Shown piece by piece: positions 18,708-28,145 of a stretch of DNA of 64,000 bases. A program made the translations under genes and the position numbers. This DNA is from Acidobacteriota bacterium. Lineage in GTDB: Bacteria; Acidobacteriota; Vicinamibacteria; Vicinamibacterales; 2-12-FULL-66-21. Positions within the stretch are counted from its first letter, which is position 1. Every line of letters begins with the position of its first letter. The notes beneath the pieces were generated by a model, which saw nothing but the letters and a program-made list of their open reading frames with translations, did not search any database and was not told the DNA's origin. The DNA lies in the NCBI GenBank assembly GCA_046734955.1, contig JBKPSH010000025.1, forward strand, positions 1,135 to 65,134, read 5' to 3'.

Positions 18708-19505
18708 ATGGCAACCATCGAACGAGCAGGCTGCCGGTTGCGATATGAGATCGACGGAAACCCAGCCGGACTGCCTGTTCTCTTCTCCAACTCACTGGGA
18801 ACAACCTGCGAGCTATGGAACGCGCAGCTCGAAGCGCTCTCGCCAACTTTCAGGATCATTCGCTACGACACGCGCGGACACGGATCGTCGGACGTCCCCG
18901 CGGGTCCATACACGATTGAAACGCTCGGACTGGACGCGATTGCGGTATTGGATGCGGCGGGAGTCAACCAGACGCACGTCTGTGGATTGTCGCTCGGCGG
19001 ATTGACGGCGATGTGGCTTGGCGTGCACCAGCCTGATCGCGTGCGATCAGTCACACTCGTCAGCACTGCCGCGCGCATCGGCAGCACGATGATGTGGGAA
19101 GAACGCATCGTACAGGTGCAGACGTCCGGGGTGGCATCACTAGCTGATGCAGCGATGGGACGCTGGTTCTCCCCGTCATTCCGAGCCTCCGATCCTGACG
19201 TCGTCTCGATTTACCATCGCATGCTCTCCGATACGCCTGCCATCGGGTACGCCGCCTGTTGTGCCGCCATCAGAGACGCGGATCTCAGATCGGCGATCGC
19301 AGGCATTTCCGCGCCGGCTTTGATCATCGCCGGCCATCACGATCCGGTGACGCCACCGGCTGACGCAGAAGCCATGCATGAACGGATTCGGGGCTCACGG
19401 GTGTCGCTGCTCGACGCCGCACACATCCTCAACGTCGAGCAGGCAGCGGCGTTCAATGATCTGTTGAAGACATTCATCACGGAGCAAGAGGCGGCGAATG
19501 GATGA
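18708..19505 (+). CDS. pcaD: 3-oxoadipate enol-lactonase
   Basis: The ATG at 18708 lies directly after the pcaB stop. Alpha/beta hydrolase with a GLSLGG nucleophile elbow. Begins MATIERAGCRLRYEIDG. Confidence 0.85.
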   Translation: MATIERAGCRLRYEIDGNPAGLPVLFSNSLGTTCELWNAQLEALSPTFRIIRYDTRGHGSSDVPAGPYTIETLGLDAIAVLDAAGVNQTHVCGLSLGGLTAMWLGVHQPDRVRSVTLVSTAARIGSTMMWEERIVQVQTSGVASLADAAMGRWFSPSFRASDPDVVSIYHRMLSDTPAIGYAACCAAIRDADLRSAIAGISAPALIIAGHHDPVTPPADAEAMHERIRGSRVSLLDAAHILNVEQAAAFNDLLKTFITEQEAANG

Positions 19506-19869
19506 CAAAGATCGCCGCGACGTCGGCATGGCGATACGACGCCAGGTGCTCGGCAACGCGCACGTCGACCGCGCCTCCACGCAGACGACGCCGCTCACGG
19601 CGGAGTTTCAGGATCTGATTACCCGCTACGCGTGGGGAGAGATCTGGACGCGGCCCGGTCTCGACGTCCGCACACGACGCGTCCTCGTCCTCGGCACGCT
19701 CATCGCTGTTGGGCGCTTCGAGGAATTCCGTATGCACGCCCGGGCTGCGTTGAAGGAGGGTGGGTTTACGCAAGAGGAATTAAAAGAGATCGTGCTGCAA
19801 CAGGCGATCTATTGCGGTGTACCCGCGGCGAACACGGCATTCGAGGTGTTACGGGATGTACTGAAATAG
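19498..19869 (+). CDS. pcaC: 4-carboxymuconolactone decarboxylase
   Basis: 123-aa carboxymuconolactone decarboxylase (CMD/AhpD-like) domain. Overlaps the pcaD end by 8 nt. Confidence 0.85.
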   Translation: MDDKDRRDVGMAIRRQVLGNAHVDRASTQTTPLTAEFQDLITRYAWGEIWTRPGLDVRTRRVLVLGTLIAVGRFEEFRMHARAALKEGGFTQEELKEIVLQQAIYCGVPAANTAFEVLRDVLK

Positions 19870-19891
19870 CCGGGATCGTTGTGCGAGATGC

Positions 19892-19909
19892 GGGATCCGA
19901 TCGGATCCC
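19892..19909. terminator. Perfect 18-bp palindrome GGGATCCGATCGGATCCC between convergent pcaC and the ABC ATPase gene
   Basis: Self-complementary as read. Flanked by more GGATCCCGG words up to 19931. Plausible bidirectional terminator. Confidence 0.45.
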
Positions 19910-19943
19910 GGACCCCGGATCCCGGATCCCGACACTCTGCATG

Positions 19944-21437
19944 CTATGCAGCAACCCCGGCCATCAGCCGCATCAAGCCATCCTGTGTAGCGACGCCCCG
20001 AGAAACTTCACCGGCGATCCTTCCTTCTCTCAACACGATGATGCGTGTGCACAGATTGAGCACCTCGGGAAGCTCGCTCGAGATGAGCAGCACGCCTGCA
20101 CCACGCGACGCGAGTTCGTCGATGAGCGCGTGGATCTCGGCCTTTGCGCCGACGTCAACACCCCGTGTTGGCTCGTCGAGAATCAGGATCTGACATTTCG
20201 CCGCGAGCCACTTCGCCAGCACGAGTTTTTGCTGGTTCCCTCCGGACAGACCGGCGGTCACGACATCTACGGTCGGAGCACGGACGCGCAGCCGCTCAAA
20301 GTACGAACCGACGAGCGATCGCTCCGACCGCCGGCGAATGAACAACCATCGCGACAGGCGGCCGAGGATCGGGAGCGTCGTGTTTCCCAGCGCGGTCATC
20401 GAGAGCACGAGCCCCTGCCGCTTGCGATCCTCGGGAACAAGACCGATGCCTTCGCGCATCGCGTCGCGCGGACCTTTGATGCTGATTGGCTTACCGCGAA
20501 CGAACACGCCTCCGATGGCTGCGGGATCGAGACCGAAAAGCGCCTGCGCCACCTCGGACCGTCCGGCGCCGACGAGACCGGCGAAGCCAAGCACCTCGCC
20601 GGCCCGAAGCGTAAAACTCACATCCTGGAACTTTCCGGAACTCGACAACCCCTCGACGCGCAGCAACTCGTCTCCAATCTGCGCGTGAATGTGCGAGGGA
20701 AAGTACTCGTCGAGCGGACGGCCAATCATCATCTGCACGAGCGCGGCCTGGGTCAGCCCTGCTGCCGGAGTCGTCGCCACGTGGGTCCCGTCGCGAAGCA
20801 CGGTGACCGTGTCGCACAAACGGAAGATCTCTTCCATCCGATGGCTGACGTAGATCGAGGTCACGCCGCGCGCGCGAAGCTGGCCGATCAAGTCGTAGAG
20901 TTTCCCGGCTTCGTGTTGCGAGAGGCTGCTCGTCGGTTCGTCAAAGACGATGATCCTCGCGCCGGTGCCGACAGCGGACGCAATCTGGAGCATCTGCTGC
21001 TGACCCGTCGTCAGATCGCCGACACGACGACGAACATCGATTTGCGCACCGATCGTCGCAAGCATCTCCTCCGCGTTGCGGCGCATCGCTCGTCGATCGA
21101 GAAATCCTGCCGACGCCGGCAGCCGGCCGAGACAGAGATTCTCGGCGACCGACATGTTTTCGCAGAAGGCGAGCTCCTGGTGGACCATGCCGACGCCGGC
21201 CGCGAGCGCCTGCTCCGGCCCGCCGAATGAAACGGGCTGGCCAAAGAGAACAAGCTGGCCGGAGTCGGGTGAATGAATTCCGGCCAGTATTTTTCCAAGC
21301 GTGCTCTTCCCCGCGCCGTTCTCACCACACAGCGCATGGCACGACCCCGCCGCAATCTCGAACGTCACATCGTCGAGCGCGCGCGCACCGGGGAACCGCT
21401 TCGAGATGTGCTCGAAGCGAACGGCGGGCACCGTCAT
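19944..21437 (-). CDS. Sugar ABC transporter ATP-binding protein (CUT2 type, duplicated ABC domains)
   Basis: Walker A GENGAGKST and signature LSGGNQQK, with two ABC halves in 497 aa. ATGA overlap with the upstream binding-protein gene. Confidence 0.85.
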   Translation of the reverse strand: MTVPAVRFEHISKRFPGARALDDVTFEIAAGSCHALCGENGAGKSTLGKILAGIHSPDSGQLVLFGQPVSFGGPEQALAAGVGMVHQELAFCENMSVAENLCLGRLPASAGFLDRRAMRRNAEEMLATIGAQIDVRRRVGDLTTGQQQMLQIASAVGTGARIIVFDEPTSSLSQHEAGKLYDLIGQLRARGVTSIYVSHRMEEIFRLCDTVTVLRDGTHVATTPAAGLTQAALVQMMIGRPLDEYFPSHIHAQIGDELLRVEGLSSSGKFQDVSFTLRAGEVLGFAGLVGAGRSEVAQALFGLDPAAIGGVFVRGKPISIKGPRDAMREGIGLVPEDRKRQGLVLSMTALGNTTLPILGRLSRWLFIRRRSERSLVGSYFERLRVRAPTVDVVTAGLSGGNQQKLVLAKWLAAKCQILILDEPTRGVDVGAKAEIHALIDELASRGAGVLLISSELPEVLNLCTRIIVLREGRIAGEVSRGVATQDGLMRLMAGVAA

Positions 21438-22468
21438 GGCAGTTTCAGGTATGCGTCGGGAACGTCAGTGAAGCCCCAATCTTTCAGCTGCCTGGCCCAG
21501 GTGCCGAGATTGTCTTTCGTCACCTTCACGAGTTCCATCGGGATGATCTGCGGCACGTCCTGCTTGAGATGAACCTTTTCGACGATCTTTTCCACCGAGA
21601 CGTATCCCCACTTGTAGGTGGGCTGTGCCAGGAGCACCGGGGCGAGCCCTTTCTCGACGTATGCGAGTTCGGCCGGCAGTGCGTCCACAGCAACGATCTT
21701 TATTTTCTTTGGATCGAGATCGGTCAGCAGTGTCTGCGTGAAGAGCGGCCAGCCGCCGATCATCGCCCAGCCGGTCACTTCGGGATATGCATTCTGCACG
21801 CGGATCACTTCGGCGGCCGCGTCCTGCGGTGTCTCGATGTGGTAGAAGGTGTCGACAATCGAGATGCCCGGGTACTTCGTCGCTTCTTGCTTCACACCGG
21901 CGACGCGGTTTCGCAGGTTCGGCGCGTTCTGATTGCCGGCGAGAATCGCCACCTTCCCCTTGCCGTTCATCAGCGGCGCCAGCTCACGCATGACCGCTTC
22001 GCCGGTCTTGATGTCGTCGACGCCGTAAAATGCAAAGCGCTTCGATTGCGGAGCGTCACTGTCAAAGGTCATCACCGGCACGCCGCGATCGACCGCGTCG
22101 TTGATCGCGCCCGTGACCTTGCCCGCATCGGAGCACGAGATCAGCACCGCACTGGCGCCCTCGTTCACCGCCTGCGCGATGCGTTGTGCCTGAACCTGTC
22201 CATCCTCGGCCGGTGGTGTCAGCCAGGCGATCTCAATCGGAACGCCGTGCTTCTGCGACAGCTCCTTCGCCGCGGCTTCCGCACCGGTTCGCGCCGACAG
22301 GAACACGGGATTGGTGGAGCTCTTCGCGATCATCGCGATCTTCAGTCCACGCCCCGCTGGCGCGGTCGTTCCCGCCGCCGCCCTGTCAGCCGTCGCTCCC
22401 TTGTCCCCGCCGCCGCATGCGGCCATGAAGCCGGATAGGGCTAGAATCGCTATAACTCTCTTCTGCAT
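21434..22468 (-). CDS. Sugar ABC transporter substrate-binding lipoprotein (PBP type 1)
   Basis: The ATG at 22468 gives MQKRVIAILALSGFMAACGGG (lipobox), with AGGAA upstream. Periplasmic-binding fold resembling RbsB/LsrB. Confidence 0.8.
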   Translation of the reverse strand: MQKRVIAILALSGFMAACGGGDKGATADRAAAGTTAPAGRGLKIAMIAKSSTNPVFLSARTGAEAAAKELSQKHGVPIEIAWLTPPAEDGQVQAQRIAQAVNEGASAVLISCSDAGKVTGAINDAVDRGVPVMTFDSDAPQSKRFAFYGVDDIKTGEAVMRELAPLMNGKGKVAILAGNQNAPNLRNRVAGVKQEATKYPGISIVDTFYHIETPQDAAAEVIRVQNAYPEVTGWAMIGGWPLFTQTLLTDLDPKKIKIVAVDALPAELAYVEKGLAPVLLAQPTYKWGYVSVEKIVEKVHLKQDVPQIIPMELVKVTKDNLGTWARQLKDWGFTDVPDAYLKLP

Positions 22469-22542
22469 AAGGTTCCTGTCTGTGTCAGCTTTTATCAATG
22501 CGAGTGGGGAGTCCACCCCCACGCGCTCGGGCCGCGGGCGCT

Positions 22543-23565
22543 TTACTTAGCGGCCCGAGCAAGTCTGCGGGCCGTAAAACTCGCGCTCGTGCGGTCCAGC
22601 ACGACGGCGATAATCGTCGCACACCCGATGATGATCCATTCGTAATTCTGATCGAAATGCAGCGTGCGGATCGATTGCCGGATCAACACGATGAGCACCG
22701 CGCCAAGCATCGCATTGATCGCGCTGCCCTTTCCGCCGGCGAGACTTGCGCCTCCGACCACCGCGGAAGCGATCACATAAAGCTCATATCCGGTCGCGTC
22801 CACGCATGAAGCGGATCCATAAAAGCTCGCCCCCATGAAAGCGGCAAGTCCTGCTGTCAGCCCCGAGATCACGAACACGCCAATCTGAATGCGCCAGAGG
22901 CTCAGCCCCGAGAAGCGGCTCGCCTCGGCGTTGCCGCCGATTGCAAAGACATGACGGCCCATGACGGTCCGCACCAGGTAGACGCCGCCCACGGCCGTGA
23001 CCAGAATCATGGTCAGCATCGGAACCGGATAGAGCGACGATCCCAGTCCGAGCGATGCCTTGGCGACCCGAGTCAGAACCGACGGGACCAGAATGCTTTC
23101 GGCGTGACTGGCAACGAACGCCACGCCTCTCAGAATCCACATCGTCCCGAGCGTAATCACGAACGGATGGACGCGTAGCCCGACCACCATTACGCCGTTC
23201 AGCGCGCCGCAGGCGATGCCGACGCCGAGCGAAATGACAAGGCCGGTGATGAACGTCGCGAACGGTCCCATTGGCCCGAGCGCGCGCAGGATCAACGCCA
23301 TCGCTACGCCCGCCAGCGCGTAGATCGATCCAACCGAGAGATCGATGCCGCCGGAGATGATCACGATCGTCGCGCCGACGGCCATGATCGCGAAGAAGCT
23401 CGCATCGGTGGCGGTCTGAATGAGCGTGTACGAATTGAGGAAGTTATTGACCTCGCCGCCAGTGAGACGATCTTCGTGCGAGCCCGCGAACGCGGTCAGC
23501 AGGATGCCAAGGATCAGGATGACCAGGACCAGCCCGGCCTGCTCTGAGGCGAGAATCTTCCGCAA
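22543..23565 (-). CDS. Sugar ABC transporter permease (RbsC/CUT2 type)
   Basis: 340-aa polytopic protein with GGIDLSVGS and the other usual CUT2 permease motifs. Confidence 0.85.
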   Translation of the reverse strand: MRKILASEQAGLVLVILILGILLTAFAGSHEDRLTGGEVNNFLNSYTLIQTATDASFFAIMAVGATIVIISGGIDLSVGSIYALAGVAMALILRALGPMGPFATFITGLVISLGVGIACGALNGVMVVGLRVHPFVITLGTMWILRGVAFVASHAESILVPSVLTRVAKASLGLGSSLYPVPMLTMILVTAVGGVYLVRTVMGRHVFAIGGNAEASRFSGLSLWRIQIGVFVISGLTAGLAAFMGASFYGSASCVDATGYELYVIASAVVGGASLAGGKGSAINAMLGAVLIVLIRQSIRTLHFDQNYEWIIIGCATIIAVVLDRTSASFTARRLARAAK

Positions 23566-23608
23566 GCTAATGAATTATCTACGGGGTCAGACGGGGGTCA
23601 ACCTGACC

Positions 23609-26269
23609 CTATTTTCCGCCCGCAACGAGCGCCATCAATTCATCATGCTTCCATGGGCGCGTCCGATCCTTGGTCATCTCGCGAACCTGCTTGACCGTCG
23701 CAACATCAACCGGCGTCCCGTCCTGGCCCCACTCGCGACGTATATAGGTCAGGACGCCGGCGATCTGTTCATCGCTCAGCGTGAACCCGACCGGCGGCAT
23801 CAGGCCGATTGGGCCTTCCTTGCCGTTCATGAGAATGCGCGCGGGAATATCCGGCGAGGCAAGCGCGAGTGGAGATCCGACAAGACTTGGCGCCACGCGG
23901 TCCTGTCCCCGTCCATCGGGCTGATGACACGCCTGACAAATGTTGCGATACACATCCTGCCCGGTGTTGAAGCGCTGCTGCTCTTCCGGTGTCAGCGGAG
24001 CAATCGGCGCCGCGGCGCCAGGTTTGCCCGGCCATTCAACTCGCTTCAGAACCTCCGCGGCGCGCGGGCCCAGATCGGTTGTCGTTGCCGCCAGCGCCGA
24101 GAACGCTGTCGGCTCTTTGCTCAGACGGGTCGGGCGTCGCGTCACAGCCGGAGCGGCAGGAACCTGCGGAAATGCGTACGCGCCTCCGGGGCCGCCTCGC
24201 GCGCCGGGGCACGTCGGACACGGCGGCGCGGGAAGTGCCGGCCCGCCGCGACGCGCTGGTGTGCCTGGCATCGCCGCGCCAAGCAACGCAATTTCGGCGC
24301 CGCGAAGAAGCGCCGATCGCTGCCACAGCGCCCGGTTCGAATCGCCGATCGCCGCCAGGATTTTTTGAATGCCCTCATCCTGCCCGGTGCGCACGATCGT
24401 GGCGGCGATCATCGTGATCGCGGTCTCGCGCTGCGGCGTCTGATCGGTCGCCTGAAGCAGGTTGTCGAGAACCGCGCCTTCGCCGCCACGCACGCCGCTC
24501 AGCGCCGCATCAAGGGCGATCGAATCATCGCCCCGCGCGGAGACCACACTCGCTACCGCTCGCTCACGTCCACCCGGCGGTAGCGCTCCCACAGTCGCCG
24601 CGAGCTGATACCGAACGCTCCAGTCCTGATCGTCCAGGCGTTTCAACACAGCAGCCTGAACCGACGTGTTGCCTTCGGTCAGCCAACGCTCGGAAAGGCG
24701 CAGCGCCGACATCCGCACGTCACGCGACGGATCGTCGAGAGCCTTGATGACGATGTCGGGTTGCAAGGCGTCGAGGCCGTCGAGGGTCCAGAGGGCATGA
24801 AGTTTCGTCCGCGGATCAGTCGCCGTCGCGGCTAATCGAGCGAGCGCCGGCACCGTGCTGCGGTCGCCGCGTTCGATAAGCAGCCGCTGGGCGGTTTCGC
24901 GCCACCATCCGTTCGGGTGCGACAACAGGTCGACCAGTTGTGTGGTCGTCAACCTCCCACTCGCTCCAGTGGTCGTGTCGCGCTTGGTCGTCTCGTGAAC
25001 CACTCGATAGATACGACCGAGCGCGGTCGGTTTCTCCAGCTTGTGATTGATGATGTGATCGCGAAGGTACTCAGTGATATCGGCGCGCTGCTGAATCACA
25101 CCGCGATACATGTCGACAATGTAGAGCGTGCCGTCGGGAGCGTTCGAGATCCAGACTGGACGAAATCGCTCGTCGGTTGAAGCGAGAAACTCTCCACGTT
25201 CGTACGCCTTGCGAACGCGCAGACCCGAACCAGAATCGTCGATGATGCCGCGGCTGACGAGGTTGGCGGCCGGCTCTGCGACGAACACGTTGCCGTACAC
25301 ATCGGATGGCAGCCGATCACCACGATAGATCATCGGCGCGCACACCGATGTGAAATGCCAGAGCGTGCCGTCTTCGCGATCGATGCCCAGCTGATACGCG
25401 CGGTTAGTGCCGGGATTCTTCCGCACCGGCCAAACGATGTTCGCGACGTTCGCCTCGTCTGCGAGCCGTTCGTAGCTGCCACGCGTGCGCAGCAGGTTCG
25501 GATTCCGCATGAAGTACGGCGTCGGCACGAGATCCGCGTGAAGCAGCGATTCGTTGGTGTTCCGGTAAATACGTCCGGCGTCGTCTTGCGTCACGCCCCA
25601 CTCACCGCGCGACAGCGTCTTCCGCACTTCGAACTTGCCGTCCTTGAAGCGGAGGAGCACATCACCGTTGGCCGTGTGCATCCAGTTGTCGAGCCCCCAG
25701 AAGAAGCCGTTCGCGTTCTGCTCGACGCGCGCTTCACGCCGGCCGTACTGGTCGGTGACAAGCTCCTTCTTGTCCATCTTCAAGTCGCCGTCGGTGTCTT
25801 TCATCAGCCAGACGTTGGGCGGCTCGGCCACGAGCACGCCGGCGTCAAGCACCTTCAGCGAGCGGGCAAGCACGAGGTTGTCGGCAAAGACCGTGCGTTT
25901 GTCCATCTTTCCATCGTGGTTCGTGTCTTCGAGCACCACGATTTTGCCGACCGGTTCCAGGAACGGCTCGGCTGCCTGCAGGTCAGGCACAAACCCGGGC
26001 ATCTCGACAACCCAGATTCGCCCCTGGAGATCCCAATCCATCACGATCGGATCCTGGACGAGCGGTTCGCTGGCGACGAGTTCGAGACGATAGCCCGGCG
26101 GCATATAGAACGTCTTCAGCGCTTCATCGGGGGACAGCGCCGGCGAGTCATCGCTGACCTTCTGCACCTGCGGCGGCCATTGCCGATTCACCGGGGAACT
26201 TTGGCCATATATCGTCGCAACCGCCGCGGCGACGATGAGGATGATGAGCCGAGCTTTTGATGTCGTCAT
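23609..26269 (-). CDS. PVC-type heme-binding protein: 'membrane-bound dehydrogenase' N-domain + HEAT-like repeats + C-terminal cytochrome c
   Basis: The ATG at 26269 gives the signal/anchor MTTSKARLIILIVAAAVATIYGQ. N-domain reads FYMPPGYRLELVASEPLVQDPIVMDWD..GRIWVVEMPG. C-terminal heme-c site CQACHQPDG. The track start at 26383 is an Arg-rich extension. Confidence 0.75.
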   Translation of the reverse strand: MTTSKARLIILIVAAAVATIYGQSSPVNRQWPPQVQKVSDDSPALSPDEALKTFYMPPGYRLELVASEPLVQDPIVMDWDLQGRIWVVEMPGFVPDLQAAEPFLEPVGKIVVLEDTNHDGKMDKRTVFADNLVLARSLKVLDAGVLVAEPPNVWLMKDTDGDLKMDKKELVTDQYGRREARVEQNANGFFWGLDNWMHTANGDVLLRFKDGKFEVRKTLSRGEWGVTQDDAGRIYRNTNESLLHADLVPTPYFMRNPNLLRTRGSYERLADEANVANIVWPVRKNPGTNRAYQLGIDREDGTLWHFTSVCAPMIYRGDRLPSDVYGNVFVAEPAANLVSRGIIDDSGSGLRVRKAYERGEFLASTDERFRPVWISNAPDGTLYIVDMYRGVIQQRADITEYLRDHIINHKLEKPTALGRIYRVVHETTKRDTTTGASGRLTTTQLVDLLSHPNGWWRETAQRLLIERGDRSTVPALARLAATATDPRTKLHALWTLDGLDALQPDIVIKALDDPSRDVRMSALRLSERWLTEGNTSVQAAVLKRLDDQDWSVRYQLAATVGALPPGGRERAVASVVSARGDDSIALDAALSGVRGGEGAVLDNLLQATDQTPQRETAITMIAATIVRTGQDEGIQKILAAIGDSNRALWQRSALLRGAEIALLGAAMPGTPARRGGPALPAPPCPTCPGARGGPGGAYAFPQVPAAPAVTRRPTRLSKEPTAFSALAATTTDLGPRAAEVLKRVEWPGKPGAAAPIAPLTPEEQQRFNTGQDVYRNICQACHQPDGRGQDRVAPSLVGSPLALASPDIPARILMNGKEGPIGLMPPVGFTLSDEQIAGVLTYIRREWGQDGTPVDVATVKQVREMTKDRTRPWKHDELMALVAGGK

Positions 26270-26285
26270 GGGGGATGTCGCTCGA

Positions 26286-27026
26286 CTATTTCGTCTTCTT
26301 CGCTTCGGCCTCGGGAATCTCGCGAATGAAAATGTTACGAAAACGGATTTCGGAACCGTGCGTTTGCAGTTCGATCGGCCCACGCGCCACGACCGGCTGC
26401 GAGCGATCGAAGAAGTTGTCGAGAACCTGCCCCTCGACTGTCGGCTTATCGTTCAGCCAAACCCACACGCGCGATCCAACCATCTTGACGTGGAATGTGT
26501 TCCACTCGCCGACGGGATTGTCGGCTTTGACGAGCGGCCACTTGCCTGGATTGTCGGCGTTGTTGTTCCACAGCGCACCGGATCCTTTCGGCGCACCGTT
26601 CTTGACCTCACCTGAATTGTCGGGATCCCACACCTGCACTTGCGGGTAGCCGCGCAGATAAATTCCGGAATCGCCGTTGTGGTTGACCATCAACCAGTCG
26701 ACGTAGAGCTCGAAATCACCGTAGTCCTTCGCTGTCGCCAGGTGGGGACTCTGGCCGTCGGAGACGATTTCCTGCTTGGCAGTGTCGACCTTCCAATGCT
26801 GATCGCGGGCCGTGTCCCACTCCATCTGCTTCTGCTTGTGCTCTTCGGGACTGAGCTTGGCTTCTTCGACCGGGTTATAGTTTGGTTGCCGACCACGCCA
26901 ACCGCTGAGATCCTTTCCATTGAACAGGCTGGTGAATCCCTTCGGTGGTTGCTTCTGCGACTGCGGTGCGGCTGCGATGCTGAATGCTGTGGTAAGGATG
27001 AGAACGATTGTGCTAAGTCGTAGCAT
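26286..27026 (-). CDS. Exported DUF1080 (3-keto-disaccharide hydrolase family, lectin-like fold) protein
   Basis: Signal peptide MLRLSTIVLILTTAFSIAAA. Motifs LFNGKDLSGW, YGDFELYVDW, GDSGIYLRG and IELQTHGSEIRFRNIFIREI. Confidence 0.8.
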   Translation of the reverse strand: MLRLSTIVLILTTAFSIAAAPQSQKQPPKGFTSLFNGKDLSGWRGRQPNYNPVEEAKLSPEEHKQKQMEWDTARDQHWKVDTAKQEIVSDGQSPHLATAKDYGDFELYVDWLMVNHNGDSGIYLRGYPQVQVWDPDNSGEVKNGAPKGSGALWNNNADNPGKWPLVKADNPVGEWNTFHVKMVGSRVWVWLNDKPTVEGQVLDNFFDRSQPVVARGPIELQTHGSEIRFRNIFIREIPEAEAKKTK

Positions 27027-27086
27027 TTGAATTCTCCGACGCGTCAGGGATTATCGCATTATTCAATTTGTCACATCGGAGCCTTA

Positions 27087-28139
27087 ATGCCGCGTAAATA
27101 TCGTGTCGCCGTCCTCGGTCTCGGTCACTGGTATTCGGCCTACAACCTCGCCCGATCGCTGCCGGAATATCCGCGCGCCGAACTGGTCGCCGCCGCATGG
27201 CCCGATCGCACGCAACTCGACGCATTCGCGAAGACATTCTGCATCCACGGCTACGAGAACTACCACGACCTGCTCGCCCGAGAGGACGTCGACATCGTCC
27301 ATCTTGCGGCGCCGGTCTCGTCACTGGCTGAACTGGCGATTGCGTCGGCCGAGGCAGGCAAGCACATTCTTCTCGGCAAGCCGATGGCCATGACGTTGGA
27401 AGAGGCCGATCGCATTGTCGCCGCGATCGAGGCGGCGGGTGTCACGTGCGTCCCGTACTCAGGCCTGACGCGGCTCCGCACTGCCGACTTGAAAGGGCGT
27501 GTCGACGCGGGAGAGATCGGTGATGTGGTGGTGATGCACCAGACGTCACGCTGGTCGATCGCCGAGGACGGCCCGGGATCGGGAAAGCCTGGATGGTTCG
27601 CCGATCCGCGTCACGTGCCGGGAGGCGCCCTGATCGATGAGGGGATCTACTGGATCGAGCTGTTCGAGTGGATGGCGGGCAGTCCCATCGTGCAGGTTGA
27701 GGCGATGCTGGCGAACTTCGTGCACACAGACATCGAGGTTGAAGACTGGGGGATGGCGACGTTCAGGTGCAAGAACGGTGTGATCGCCACGCTCGAAGCA
27801 TCATGGACGATCAACGCTCCCAAGAAGACAGCGCCGTCGCCGAAACAGAACGCAGTCGTGCGACTGGAACTCGTCGGTACGCGGGGCGAGATCATCGATC
27901 AATGGTTCCGGTCACCGGGGCGCGCAGTGCTGGCGGCGGGGGCGGCCGACTGGGTGTTTCAGCGGCAACCGGAGCAGGCCTTCTCGGGGACCTTTCCGCT
28001 TGCGTTGAATCATCTCGTCGACTGTCTCGAGAATAAGCGACAGCCGGACGTGACGGTGCAACAGGCGCGCAGTGCTTTCCGTGCCGCGATGGCCGCCTAC
28101 GAGTCGGCGAAAACGGGAAAGGCTGTCAAAGTTCGATGA
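27087..28139 (+). CDS. Gfo/Idh/MocA-family oxidoreductase (cytoplasmic)
   Basis: The ATG at 27087 (GGAG upstream) gives MPRKYRVAVLGLGHWYS, a Rossmann N-terminus. GKHILLGKPMA motif. No signal or TAT leader. Confidence 0.8.
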   Translation: MPRKYRVAVLGLGHWYSAYNLARSLPEYPRAELVAAAWPDRTQLDAFAKTFCIHGYENYHDLLAREDVDIVHLAAPVSSLAELAIASAEAGKHILLGKPMAMTLEEADRIVAAIEAAGVTCVPYSGLTRLRTADLKGRVDAGEIGDVVVMHQTSRWSIAEDGPGSGKPGWFADPRHVPGGALIDEGIYWIELFEWMAGSPIVQVEAMLANFVHTDIEVEDWGMATFRCKNGVIATLEASWTINAPKKTAPSPKQNAVVRLELVGTRGEIIDQWFRSPGRAVLAAGAADWVFQRQPEQAFSGTFPLALNHLVDCLENKRQPDVTVQQARSAFRAAMAAYESAKTGKAVKVR

Positions 28140-28145
28140 CCCGCT

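Noticed and set aside
19632-21230. 532-aa plus-strand ORF overlapping pcaC and running antisense to the ABC ATPase
   Set aside because: Arg-rich nonsense sequence. The opposite strand carries Walker A and signature motifs. Its 5' part is out of frame over pcaC.
21227-26260. Series of long antisense ORFs (21227-22438, 23420-24583, 25355-26260)
   Set aside because: All lie opposite well-supported genes (binding protein, permease, heme protein). Their composition is the Arg/Gly/Pro-biased kind typical of GC-rich non-coding frames.
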